51,843 nt of DNA from NCBI GenBank assembly GCA_001772665.1, contig MEVH01000022.1, positions 1 to 51,843 on the forward strand, in the 5' to 3' direction. This document shows, piece after piece, positions 13,067 to 20,723 of this stretch. The position numbers and the translations under genes were made by a program. Under the pieces are notes generated by a model. It was given only the letters and a program-made list of their open reading frames with translations, did not search any database and was not told the DNA's origin. How positions within the stretch are numbered: the stretch's first letter is position 1; each line of letters begins with the position of its first letter. This DNA comes from a candidate division WWE3 bacterium RIFCSPLOWO2_01_FULL_39_13. Lineage in GTDB: Bacteria > Patescibacteriota > WWE3 > 2-01-FULL-39-13.

Positions 13067-13897
13067 ATGCCAATTGGTATTTCCAGTCTGCTTCTTTTTA
13101 CCCCCGAGTTAACTGACTCTCGTGAAGAGTGGAACAAAAAAACGCAAAATTACCTTGCACTTTTGAAATCAGACAGGACTTTTAGAGATGATCCAGTTGA
13201 TCCAGCATTAATCAGGCCCGAGATAAACGATCTCGGCTATTATCAAAGTCTTAAAGATCAAAGGGGACGTGATTTACTCGGCTGGCTTCCAGTTATTCCC
13301 GTGGACGACTATTACGCAAAAGGTGAATTTGACACAAACCGGTTTCAGATATTATTTGACAAAAGATGGCTTCAGGATAGATATGGGATAAACTGGCTGT
13401 TTCATGAATTCGCACACGGGATGGATCCGTTTCTAATGTTTGTTACAAAACAAATAGATTCTAAAGTTGCAATGTGCAAGGATGAGTCTATTCCTCCAAC
13501 AGACCGTTTAAAATTATATCTGGAATCAAGAAGATTGGTTTTAGTGCGTGAAAACCGCGCATGGCATTATACAGGATATTTAACCAGAAACTTTGGAGTA
13601 GATGACGAAAAATACGCTCAACACTGCTACAATACAGCGCTTTACAAGGCAATTGACCGCATAACTTGGGTATTAATGACATATAGGACGGAAATAAGTG
13701 AAGAAAAAATGGCGAAAACAAATTTCTCGTTGCCACTTTCACTTGATATAGGCGAGACATATTTTGATACATCTACATTTAACAGATGGGCAATTAAAAC
13801 ATATAGAATTAACGAAAGGTTCGAAAAAGAACAAGCAAGGGCTAAGCAATACCACCCCGAGGTTGAGCTAATGAAACCTGAGTACAATACAATATGA
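13067..13897 (+). CDS. Hypothetical protein with HExxH motif (possible zinc metallopeptidase)
   Basis: LFHEFAHG followed by a distal RENRAW segment; own -10 box (TATTAT 13055-13060). Confidence 0.6.
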   Translation: MPIGISSLLLFTPELTDSREEWNKKTQNYLALLKSDRTFRDDPVDPALIRPEINDLGYYQSLKDQRGRDLLGWLPVIPVDDYYAKGEFDTNRFQILFDKRWLQDRYGINWLFHEFAHGMDPFLMFVTKQIDSKVAMCKDESIPPTDRLKLYLESRRLVLVRENRAWHYTGYLTRNFGVDDEKYAQHCYNTALYKAIDRITWVLMTYRTEISEEKMAKTNFSLPLSLDIGETYFDTSTFNRWAIKTYRINERFEKEQARAKQYHPEVELMKPEYNTI

Positions 13898-13989
13898 TAC
13901 GAAGGCTTGGCTGGACAACGCAAACTTGATACCAAGAAGAAATTACAGCCAAATCTTGTCAGGCAATTTATGATTCTTACTATGCCGAT

Positions 13990-14095
13990 TAAAGCCCCTG
14001 ACTCCTCCTGTCAGGGGATGAATAGGCCGGTCGCCTTTGGCGACCTCACGCAGTGAAGGCATTGGAAGTCGCCAACTCCTGTTGGCGGTATTCAC
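13990..14095 (+). mobile_element. Miniature non-autonomous IS200/IS605-like element (PATE-like)
   Basis: Left hairpin CCCCTGAC-N7-GTCAGGGG after AAAG, middle hairpin GGTCGCC-TTT-GGCGACC, right hairpin CGCCAAC-TCCT-GTTGGCG ending GTATTCAC; resembles IS605-family ends, no ORF. Confidence 0.55.
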
Positions 14096-14096
14096 T

Positions 14097-14122
14097 AAAA
14101 AAGCCTCCGCCTTGGCGGAAGC
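14097..14122 (-). terminator. Intrinsic terminator of the small RNA
   Basis: Minus strand GCTTCCGCC-AA-GGCGGAGGC followed by TTTTTT. Confidence 0.8.
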
Positions 14123-14172
14123 CTTTCTAATTTCCCCCGGTGCTGTTATCGTGCACTAGGATCTCAAGATTA
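14097..14172 (-). ncRNA. Putative ~75-nt small RNA complementary to the adjacent tRNA-like RNA
   Basis: Bounded by a near-consensus promoter and an intrinsic terminator; carries 11-, 10-, 6- and 4-nt blocks complementary to the RNA encoded at 14365-14400. Confidence 0.65.
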
Positions 14173-14177
14173 GAACA

Positions 14178-14207
14178 ATAGTATCAAGTTCATATTAATT
14201 TTGTCAA
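14178..14207 (-). promoter_or_regulatory. Sigma70-type promoter for the small RNA
   Basis: TTGACA (14207-14202), 18-nt spacer, TACTAT (14183-14178) with extended -10 TGn; no ORF downstream. Confidence 0.75.
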
Positions 14208-14270
14208 TGTGCCATTATGTATAGGTCTTTCTGGTGGTGTTTGTTTGAAAAAGTTAGAACCCATTTCGAG

Positions 14271-14323
14271 CAGAACCCTGACTAGCTTCGCACGCGCCAA
14301 AGGCGCGGGCGCGGTCAATTCTG
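14271..14323. repeat. GC-rich REP-like stem-loop just 3' of the tRNA-like gene
   Basis: CAGAA..TGAC..CGCGCC-AAA-GGCGCG..GTCA..TTCTG nested inverted repeat. Confidence 0.55.
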
Positions 14324-14337
14324 ATGCAAATCAAATT

Positions 14338-14407
14338 TGGTGGACCGAACGGGAATCGAACCCGCCGGGGGAAAGTCTTGAGATCCCCTGGCACCAGCAC
14401 TCGGCCC
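14338..14407 (-). ncRNA. Atypical 70-nt tRNA-like RNA with alanine acceptor identity (tmRNA TLD-like)
   Basis: GGGCCGA/TCGGTCC acceptor stem with G3:U70, A73 and encoded CCA; T-arm GCGGG-TTCGATT-CCCGT; no D-stem and no canonical anticodon arm. Confidence 0.8.
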
Positions 14408-14541
14408 ACACACTTCAATCGTACCGGCCAAAAGTTAAAAAATACTTTACGCATCATTAATATTCGGCAAACTTTTTTTGAACTTGCTGTGATACCATAA
14501 GAAAAGTGCCGGGGAATAAACTCAATCAAGACAAGAAAACA

Positions 14542-15273
14542 ATGAAGCTAACAAACATTAAGTACGAAAAAGAGCTGTGGGGTAGAGGATTAAAATTTGT
14601 TATAGGAGTTGATGAGGTAGGGCGGGGATGCCTAGCGGGCCCGTTAGTAGCATGTGCGGTAGCATGGTCACCAGAAATTGCGACGTTCGATTGGGAGAAA
14701 ATGAAGTCCGAAAAGGCCTCTAACGAGCTTTCATTTTTACTCGAAATTACAGACTCGAAAAAAGTTTCACCCAGAAAAAGAGAAAAGCTTGCAGATTTAA
14801 TTAAGAATTACTGCCTTGAGTACTTTATAGTAGAGGTTTCCTCAGAAGAAATCGACGAACTTGGGGTAGGGGAGGCAAACAAAAAAGCCCTAAGAAAGGC
14901 AGCTCTGGGAATAAAGAATGTGGAGCATGTTCTGGTAGATCATTTTAGTATATTTTCAAGCGAGAACAAAACCTACCAATCTCAAGACAATAGGATGATC
15001 CCTATATCAGAAACTCCTATAACTAATGGAGATTTACTTTCAATATCAATCGCATCAGCATCAATAATTGCAAAAGTCTATAGAGACAAACTCATGCGCG
15101 AGAAATTCCATCCATTATATCCAGAATATGGATTTGATAAACATGTGGGCTACGGAACAAAACTTCATTTAGAAGCAATAAGCAAATACGGCCCATGCAA
15201 AATCCACAGAAAATCATTTAGACCGATAAAGAATATGAAAGGACTTTTCGTTGACAAAAACACCGTCCCATAG
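14542..15273 (+). CDS. rnhB: Ribonuclease HII
   Basis: GVDEVGRGCLAGP, DSKK, SIASASIIAKVYRD, HVGYGT, HRKSF; start moved to ATG 14542. Confidence 0.95.
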   Translation: MKLTNIKYEKELWGRGLKFVIGVDEVGRGCLAGPLVACAVAWSPEIATFDWEKMKSEKASNELSFLLEITDSKKVSPRKREKLADLIKNYCLEYFIVEVSSEEIDELGVGEANKKALRKAALGIKNVEHVLVDHFSIFSSENKTYQSQDNRMIPISETPITNGDLLSISIASASIIAKVYRDKLMREKFHPLYPEYGFDKHVGYGTKLHLEAISKYGPCKIHRKSFRPIKNMKGLFVDKNTVP

Positions 15274-15286
15274 TATCCTTTGGGCA

Positions 15287-15817
15287 ATGGACGAATTACT
15301 TGAATCAACACCGCTTTCTAACGAACCTAACCCTACCACTGAATCCAACCTACCAACGATCTTCGGACTGCGCACAGCATGCAGAGGAAATTTCGAAAGA
15401 CTAAAAAACAAAGAAGAAATTACCGAGGATTTTTTTTGGGATATTGACCTGGCACTTTGGGCAGTTCCTAATCCAATATTTGAGCATTTACTGTGCCGCG
15501 CTGAAGATCCTCCAATAGAGGGTGATGAATATCCATATTATTTTCAACTGGCACAAGCTCTGTCTCTTTTTTACAAGAAACTTCCTAGTCAAATAAGCCA
15601 AGCGGGATTTAGCACATATAATGAAAATGCCTCCATCTGGGTCATTGATCCTACTACAATAATGGGCCGAATAGGTCAAATGCCTCCATTAATAGCTGCG
15701 AACCTGGTCAGGCTGCAAACAAACTCAGAAGCTAAAGATTTAATAAAAACTGGTACAACAGCAGGAAATCAATACTGGTATATAAAAGTTCCGCAAGAGA
15801 ATCAATCCTTGTCATAA
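15287..15817 (+). CDS. Hypothetical protein
   Basis: Open frame; promoter TTGACA(15251)-17-TATCCT lies 7 nt before ATG 15287. Confidence 0.6.
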   Translation: MDELLESTPLSNEPNPTTESNLPTIFGLRTACRGNFERLKNKEEITEDFFWDIDLALWAVPNPIFEHLLCRAEDPPIEGDEYPYYFQLAQALSLFYKKLPSQISQAGFSTYNENASIWVIDPTTIMGRIGQMPPLIAANLVRLQTNSEAKDLIKTGTTAGNQYWYIKVPQENQSLS

Positions 15818-15898
15818 ACACAAAGGCATAAAACCATTCTATAACCTCTTCACCTAAAGCCTAATAAGCTAGCTTTATTTTGATGTATAATTTCAGTA

Positions 15899-18046
15899 AT
15901 GAAGTTTGCGGTTATTAAGATCCCGAGAAATAACGAATACACGTACGATCAGGCGCTTGCTTTGATATCAAGCCTTTCTTCGAGGGCGAAAAATAAAGGT
16001 CTTCTTTCGATGTTCAGCAAGTCTCCAAAAGTCTATTACTCTTTTAACATCATAGCCGTAAAGCAGACAATTTACTTTATTGCTGGAACACAGGATCAAG
16101 AATACTCCTATTTGAAAGACCAGATACTGGCAAGATACGGAACAGCTGATCTTATAGACTTAGACTCCTTTGAGGAATTCACAGGTATAGGCACCAAAAA
16201 GCTTACAGTGGCAGAACTTGTTTATTCAGGTAGTGATTTTCTTTCTATAAAAACCATAGACCAGTTTGCTGAAACGGATCCGCTTGCATCAGTTTTATCA
16301 ACCATATCAAGATTCGACAACCAGGAAGGAATCTCGTGGATCCAACTGATAATTGCACCGATCGATTCATCATGGGTATCACGCGCATCATACCGTATGG
16401 GCGCTCTTTCAGGCTCAGAGTCCAAATCAGCTCAATCGGAAATCGCGCAGATTCAAGAGAAAATCAAACACAGCGGATACAAAGTCAATTTAAGAATTAT
16501 CGCCGACGATAAATCCAAAACAGATATCCTGTCAAATTCCTTTTCAATATTTTCACAAAGCGGAGGAAACAGATTAATCCTGAAAACGGGTCTCTTCGCA
16601 AACAGCGGATCTGCTGTAAAATCAGCAGTAAACAATACGCCCGGGAAAAATTCTATTTTAATGAATACCTTAGAAATAGCGACTTTATGGCACCTTCCTG
16701 CAGGAAACATTAATATTCCTAATATCGGATGGGGCAAAAACCTTCAGCTGGAGCCTCCTGAAAATCTTCCGATAGCCTATGAGGGAATTACAAAAGAGGA
16801 CAAAAAAGGCATCACTTTTATCGGCAAAACAATATACAAAAATAAAGAATATAAATTTGGGATAAAATCAGGTGATCGCATGAGGCACGTTTACATTGTA
16901 GGAAAAACAGGGACAGGAAAGTCGGTGCTGATTGATAACATGGCCATAGAAGATATTCGAAAAGGGAAGGGGATCGCAGTTTTGGATCCGCATGGCGACG
17001 CAATTGAAAATATAATTCAGTACATACCCAGAAACAGAATTAACGACGTTTGTTATTTCGATCCGTCCGATAAAGAATATGCATATCCTTTAAACATATT
17101 GGAAACTTATGACGAGAACCAGAAAGAGCTTTTAGTATCAGGAATAATAGCGATATTCTACAAACTGTACTCAAACTCATGGGGGCCAAGATTAGAGCAT
17201 ATATTAAGAAACATTTTATTTACTCTGGTACAGACAGAAAATGCGACGTTGCCCGACGTACTGAAAATTCTTCACAACAAAAAATACAGGCAGAGCGTCC
17301 TTGAAAAAATAAACGACCCGACGATTGAGCAGTTCTGGAGGGATGAATTCGAAAAAATGAGCGAAAATTTCATGAATGAAGCGATTTCTCCAATTTTAAA
17401 TAAGGTAGGGCAGTTTGTAACTTCGCCTATGATAAGAAAAATCATCCAGCATCCAAGGTCAAAAGTAAAAATCCAAGAAATAATGGATAATAATAAAATT
17501 CTTTTGTGCGATTTATCCCAGGGCAAGATAGGAGAGGATAATTCGACGCTTCTGGGATCAATGATAATTACGCAGATTCAGATTGCTGCTATGAACAGAG
17601 CATATCAAAAAGAGGCGGAACGAGTTCCTTTTTACCTATACGTTGACGAGTTTCAGAACTTCGCCACTTCAGCATTCACAAAAATACTATCAGAAGCAAG
17701 AAAATACAGACTTGGATTAACACTGGCAAATCAGTACATTACGCAGATTGACGAAAATGTAATGGGAGCAATACTAGGGAATGTCGGATCATTAACCTGC
17801 TTTAATGTCGGAGCCCGCGACGCAGAGATTTTAAACCGCGAATTCGGAGCAAAAATCGAGCCGGACAACCTTACTAGTATGGACAAATATCAAATGATGA
17901 CACGCCTGGCAATCGACAATGTTACTTCACAGTCATTCACCTCTTACTCTCTTCCCCTGCCAAAAAACAAATCAGAACACAGAGAAAAGATCATAGAACA
18001 GTCGAGAAAGCGGTATGCTATAAGGGTCACCCCGAAAACGGGGTGA
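15899..18046 (+). CDS. T4SS coupling-protein/HerA-like P-loop ATPase (VirD4/TraG-like)
   Basis: RHVYIVGKTGTGKS, DPHGD, LYVDEFQNF, SEARKY, ANQY, GNVG motifs. Confidence 0.88.
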   Translation: MKFAVIKIPRNNEYTYDQALALISSLSSRAKNKGLLSMFSKSPKVYYSFNIIAVKQTIYFIAGTQDQEYSYLKDQILARYGTADLIDLDSFEEFTGIGTKKLTVAELVYSGSDFLSIKTIDQFAETDPLASVLSTISRFDNQEGISWIQLIIAPIDSSWVSRASYRMGALSGSESKSAQSEIAQIQEKIKHSGYKVNLRIIADDKSKTDILSNSFSIFSQSGGNRLILKTGLFANSGSAVKSAVNNTPGKNSILMNTLEIATLWHLPAGNINIPNIGWGKNLQLEPPENLPIAYEGITKEDKKGITFIGKTIYKNKEYKFGIKSGDRMRHVYIVGKTGTGKSVLIDNMAIEDIRKGKGIAVLDPHGDAIENIIQYIPRNRINDVCYFDPSDKEYAYPLNILETYDENQKELLVSGIIAIFYKLYSNSWGPRLEHILRNILFTLVQTENATLPDVLKILHNKKYRQSVLEKINDPTIEQFWRDEFEKMSENFMNEAISPILNKVGQFVTSPMIRKIIQHPRSKVKIQEIMDNNKILLCDLSQGKIGEDNSTLLGSMIITQIQIAAMNRAYQKEAERVPFYLYVDEFQNFATSAFTKILSEARKYRLGLTLANQYITQIDENVMGAILGNVGSLTCFNVGARDAEILNREFGAKIEPDNLTSMDKYQMMTRLAIDNVTSQSFTSYSLPLPKNKSEHREKIIEQSRKRYAIRVTPKTG

Positions 18047-18050
18047 CCCC
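18023..18050. repeat. Strong hairpin overlapping the ATPase stop codon
   Basis: GGGTCACCCCG-AAAA-CGGGGTGACCC perfect 11-bp stem. Confidence 0.6.
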
Positions 18051-18132
18051 TAATCGAGGGGGCTGTAGGAAAAGGCTGGAGCTACAGCAAAAGCACCATT
18101 TGTTTAGGAAAAATTTAACGGGATTTAAAAAA

Positions 18133-18888
18133 ATGATATTAAGTATACACATCCCAAAATGCGGTGGGCAAAGTTTTTCAGAATATTTGCGCAAAAATCT
18201 TGGTGACAGGTATGTTGAAGATTACGGAATACTCGCTAGACCTTTAGATCGAACAAAATCAAGCCCCACAAAACAGCTTATCAGAAAAACATTAAGAGGA
18301 CTCCCATTTGGAGCAGAATTATTACGCATGAGAGACAAAATGGGAGAAGCATCACGGATTACAAAATTAACTGACGGGGTAAAATGCATACATGGTCATT
18401 TTCCTGTTTCCAAATATATAGATCAATTCCCAGATGCTACTCTAGTAACCTGGGTCAGGGATCCAGCAGAAAGGTTGTTGTCAGAATACAATTATTTCAT
18501 GTCGTCTCCAGAATCAGCACCCAAGTGGTTTAATTACAAAATGAATTTTAGAGATTTCATGGGGCTAGAAGAAACAAGAAATGAGATGTCTGGCTACCTA
18601 AATAGAAAATATCCGGAAGGATTTGCTTTCATAGGAATTACCGAGCATTACGATGAATGTCTAAAATACTTTGCAGACAAATTTTTCTCTGGATACCCAT
18701 TACCACCCGGAGGCGCACCAAGGCTAAATACTGGAAGGAAAAAAGAACCATTAAGTGAAGAATTGAGAAATCTAGCCAAAGAATATCATCCTAGAGACTA
18801 TGAAATTTACCAGGCAGGGTTGGTCTTTTACGAAGGACAAATCGCCGAAGGGAAATCAGAGGAAATACCTTCACTTCCAATAGCATAG
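18133..18888 (+). CDS. Sulfotransferase family protein
   Basis: HIPKCGGQS (5'-PSB-like) and VRDPAERLLSEY (3'-PB-like) motifs, GHF, FIGITE; start moved to ATG 18133. Confidence 0.8.
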   Translation: MILSIHIPKCGGQSFSEYLRKNLGDRYVEDYGILARPLDRTKSSPTKQLIRKTLRGLPFGAELLRMRDKMGEASRITKLTDGVKCIHGHFPVSKYIDQFPDATLVTWVRDPAERLLSEYNYFMSSPESAPKWFNYKMNFRDFMGLEETRNEMSGYLNRKYPEGFAFIGITEHYDECLKYFADKFFSGYPLPPGGAPRLNTGRKKEPLSEELRNLAKEYHPRDYEIYQAGLVFYEGQIAEGKSEEIPSLPIA

Positions 18889-18931
18889 AAAACAAGGGGC
18901 TGCTAACATGAACCGTCTTTCTTTTTTTATC

Positions 18932-19987
18932 CTACCTTTTATGAAACTTTTCATGGACTTCTTTGAGGTGCTTATTAGTTACATGTGTATATATCTGTGT
19001 TGTCGAAACATCAGAATGTCCGAGAAGTTCCTGAACAGACCTTAGATCAGCGCCGGCCATTAATAAATCCGTCGCAAATGAGTGTCTAAGAACATGAGGA
19101 GTTACATCAACAGATAATCCTGCCATGTGGGCATATTTCTTCACCATCCTTTGAATAGACCGCGGAGTCAGCCTTAATGATTCACCTTTGGGATCATTTT
19201 CATCCATAGACTTTCCGCTGTAACGCACAAACAGCGGGACAAAATTGTCCTTTCTGGTAGACAGATACTGCTTAAGCCATTTCGCCGAAGTATTTGAAAT
19301 GTAAACCGTACGAACTTTACGCCCTTTCCCGATTATTGCAAACTCATGCTTTTCAAGAATCTGCGGACTTATATCAATACGGTTTAGATTCACAAGCTCG
19401 CTTATTCTCATCCCAGTGCTAAACAAAAACTCTAAAATCGCCCTATCCCGTATTCCGCTTTTTTTGCTCAAATCCTGGGTTTTCACAAGATCATCAACCT
19501 CATCAGAATTCAAAAATTTAGGAATTCTAGGTTCAGGCTTACTTAAAATAACCTTATCGGGAAGCACCTGAGACTCAAGCTCTTTAACAACCTCGCAGTA
19601 GCGCAGAAAAGACCGAAGGGCAGTCAGATAGCGATTCTGCGTATTCTTTTTTAAAGAATTTCTGCTTTTTGTACTCTGCCGGCGGTTCAAATAAACTCTA
19701 AAATCAGAAACAGCCTGAAGGGTAAGGTCACGATAACTTACGACATCTTTCGACAGCGACTGCCGAAACCAGCCTAAAAGCTCCTTCAAGTAGAAATGAT
19801 ACATTTTAACAGTACCAGGAGACAGGTTTTTTTCGACCTCGCAGTATTGAAGAAATTGATTGATCAGAACTGATAAACTTAAAGAATTTGAAGAGGCAGA
19901 ATTGGCAGAATAGCTTTTACGATCGAGAATGGTGTCAACATCCGTTTTTGTCTTAAAAGAGGATATAGCAGAACTGTCCAAAGGCAT
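18932..19987 (-). CDS. XerC/XerD-family tyrosine recombinase
   Basis: RDRAILE, TGMRISEL, GKGRK, HVLRHSFAT, LLGH, TTQIYTH; the tracked TTG start at 20023 is a -35 box, so start moved to ATG 19987. Confidence 0.95.
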   Translation of the reverse strand: MPLDSSAISSFKTKTDVDTILDRKSYSANSASSNSLSLSVLINQFLQYCEVEKNLSPGTVKMYHFYLKELLGWFRQSLSKDVVSYRDLTLQAVSDFRVYLNRRQSTKSRNSLKKNTQNRYLTALRSFLRYCEVVKELESQVLPDKVILSKPEPRIPKFLNSDEVDDLVKTQDLSKKSGIRDRAILEFLFSTGMRISELVNLNRIDISPQILEKHEFAIIGKGRKVRTVYISNTSAKWLKQYLSTRKDNFVPLFVRYSGKSMDENDPKGESLRLTPRSIQRMVKKYAHMAGLSVDVTPHVLRHSFATDLLMAGADLRSVQELLGHSDVSTTQIYTHVTNKHLKEVHEKFHKR

Positions 19988-19992
19988 TACAT

Positions 19993-20023
19993 ACAAAGTA
20001 CGACGTCTTACACTTTGTGTCAA
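19993..20023 (-). promoter_or_regulatory. Promoter of xer gene overlapped by a palindrome
   Basis: TTGACA(20023-20018)-17-TACTTT(20000-19995); inverted repeat ACAAAGT..GACGTC..ACTTTGT spans the spacer and -10. Confidence 0.7.
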
Positions 20024-20357
20024 GGATTATTTATATTTGCAAATACCGTTATTTGCCAAAGGTACCCGAAGCCGTCTTTGAATACGAAAAAGCCTTAAAA
20101 CGCATCTGGTGGAGTCGTTTTTAAGACAATAAATCAAAAAAACCAGGAGGTATAAAGGTTTTGCAAAGACCAGAAAAAATTCCTGGACGAGATTATGACA
20201 TTATTTTGCAAAACTTAAGCATTAATATTTCTTAATAAGTAAAGATGGCAAGGCAGGGGAACAAAAAATTAATTATTAAATAATGATACTTAATACAGAT
20301 ACAGCAAACCAGTAAGTAGAAATAAAAGCCCGCAGGGGGTAACAATCCACACCTAAC

Positions 20358-20385
20358 TAGTCGTAATATGTATCTTTAACGACAT
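20358..20385. other. Candidate dif-like Xer recombination site
   Basis: 11-6-11 layout TAGTCGTAATA-TGTATC-TTTAACGACAT, imperfect inverted arms, spacer close to E. coli dif TGTATA, ~370 bp from xer. Confidence 0.45.
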
Positions 20386-20723
20386 CGGGGATAGGAATTA
20401 GGAAACCTGATGTATATTAGACATATAAACTAAAAAGGGAGGCATTCAGATCAGACACCGCAAATTGTCGATAAATTCGATAAATATCGAATAATAAAGA
20501 TAAATAAAAGTATTTCCCATGTCCTTTAGGCTGGCAACGGAGAAATAATATAAGAGAAATATCTTGTGCTAAAGATTTCATCCAATAGGCATGAATGACA
20601 AATTATGACACCTTATTATAGGACATACTGACCGAGAGCCTTTAGAAACAATGGCCTATAGGATATCGTGCTACAGCCCAAATAATTCCCGCATACTCCC
20701 CTTCCCAACTGATTATGCCCGTA

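Noticed and set aside
14097..14175. SRP, 6S or Y RNA identity for the small RNA
   Set aside because: Lacks the SRP helix-8 motif (CAGG..GGAA..GCAG), is too short for 6S, and shows no recognisable Ro-binding helix; a covariance search is still needed.
14338..14407. Ordinary tRNA-Leu(CAA) or a standard/permuted tmRNA gene
   Set aside because: No D-stem, anticodon stem does not close a 7-nt loop, acceptor is Ala-type; both acceptor strands are in one 70-nt piece with no internal tag frame, unlike known one- or two-piece tmRNAs.
14209..14529. ORFs 14209-14460 (+) and 14254-14529 (-)
   Set aside because: They overlap the structured RNA gene and hairpin, and have no protein-like features.
18932..19987. 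Xer recombinase as a prophage or integron integrase
   Set aside because: Flanked by housekeeping genes; no phage genes, attC arrays or integron-integrase insertion recognised.
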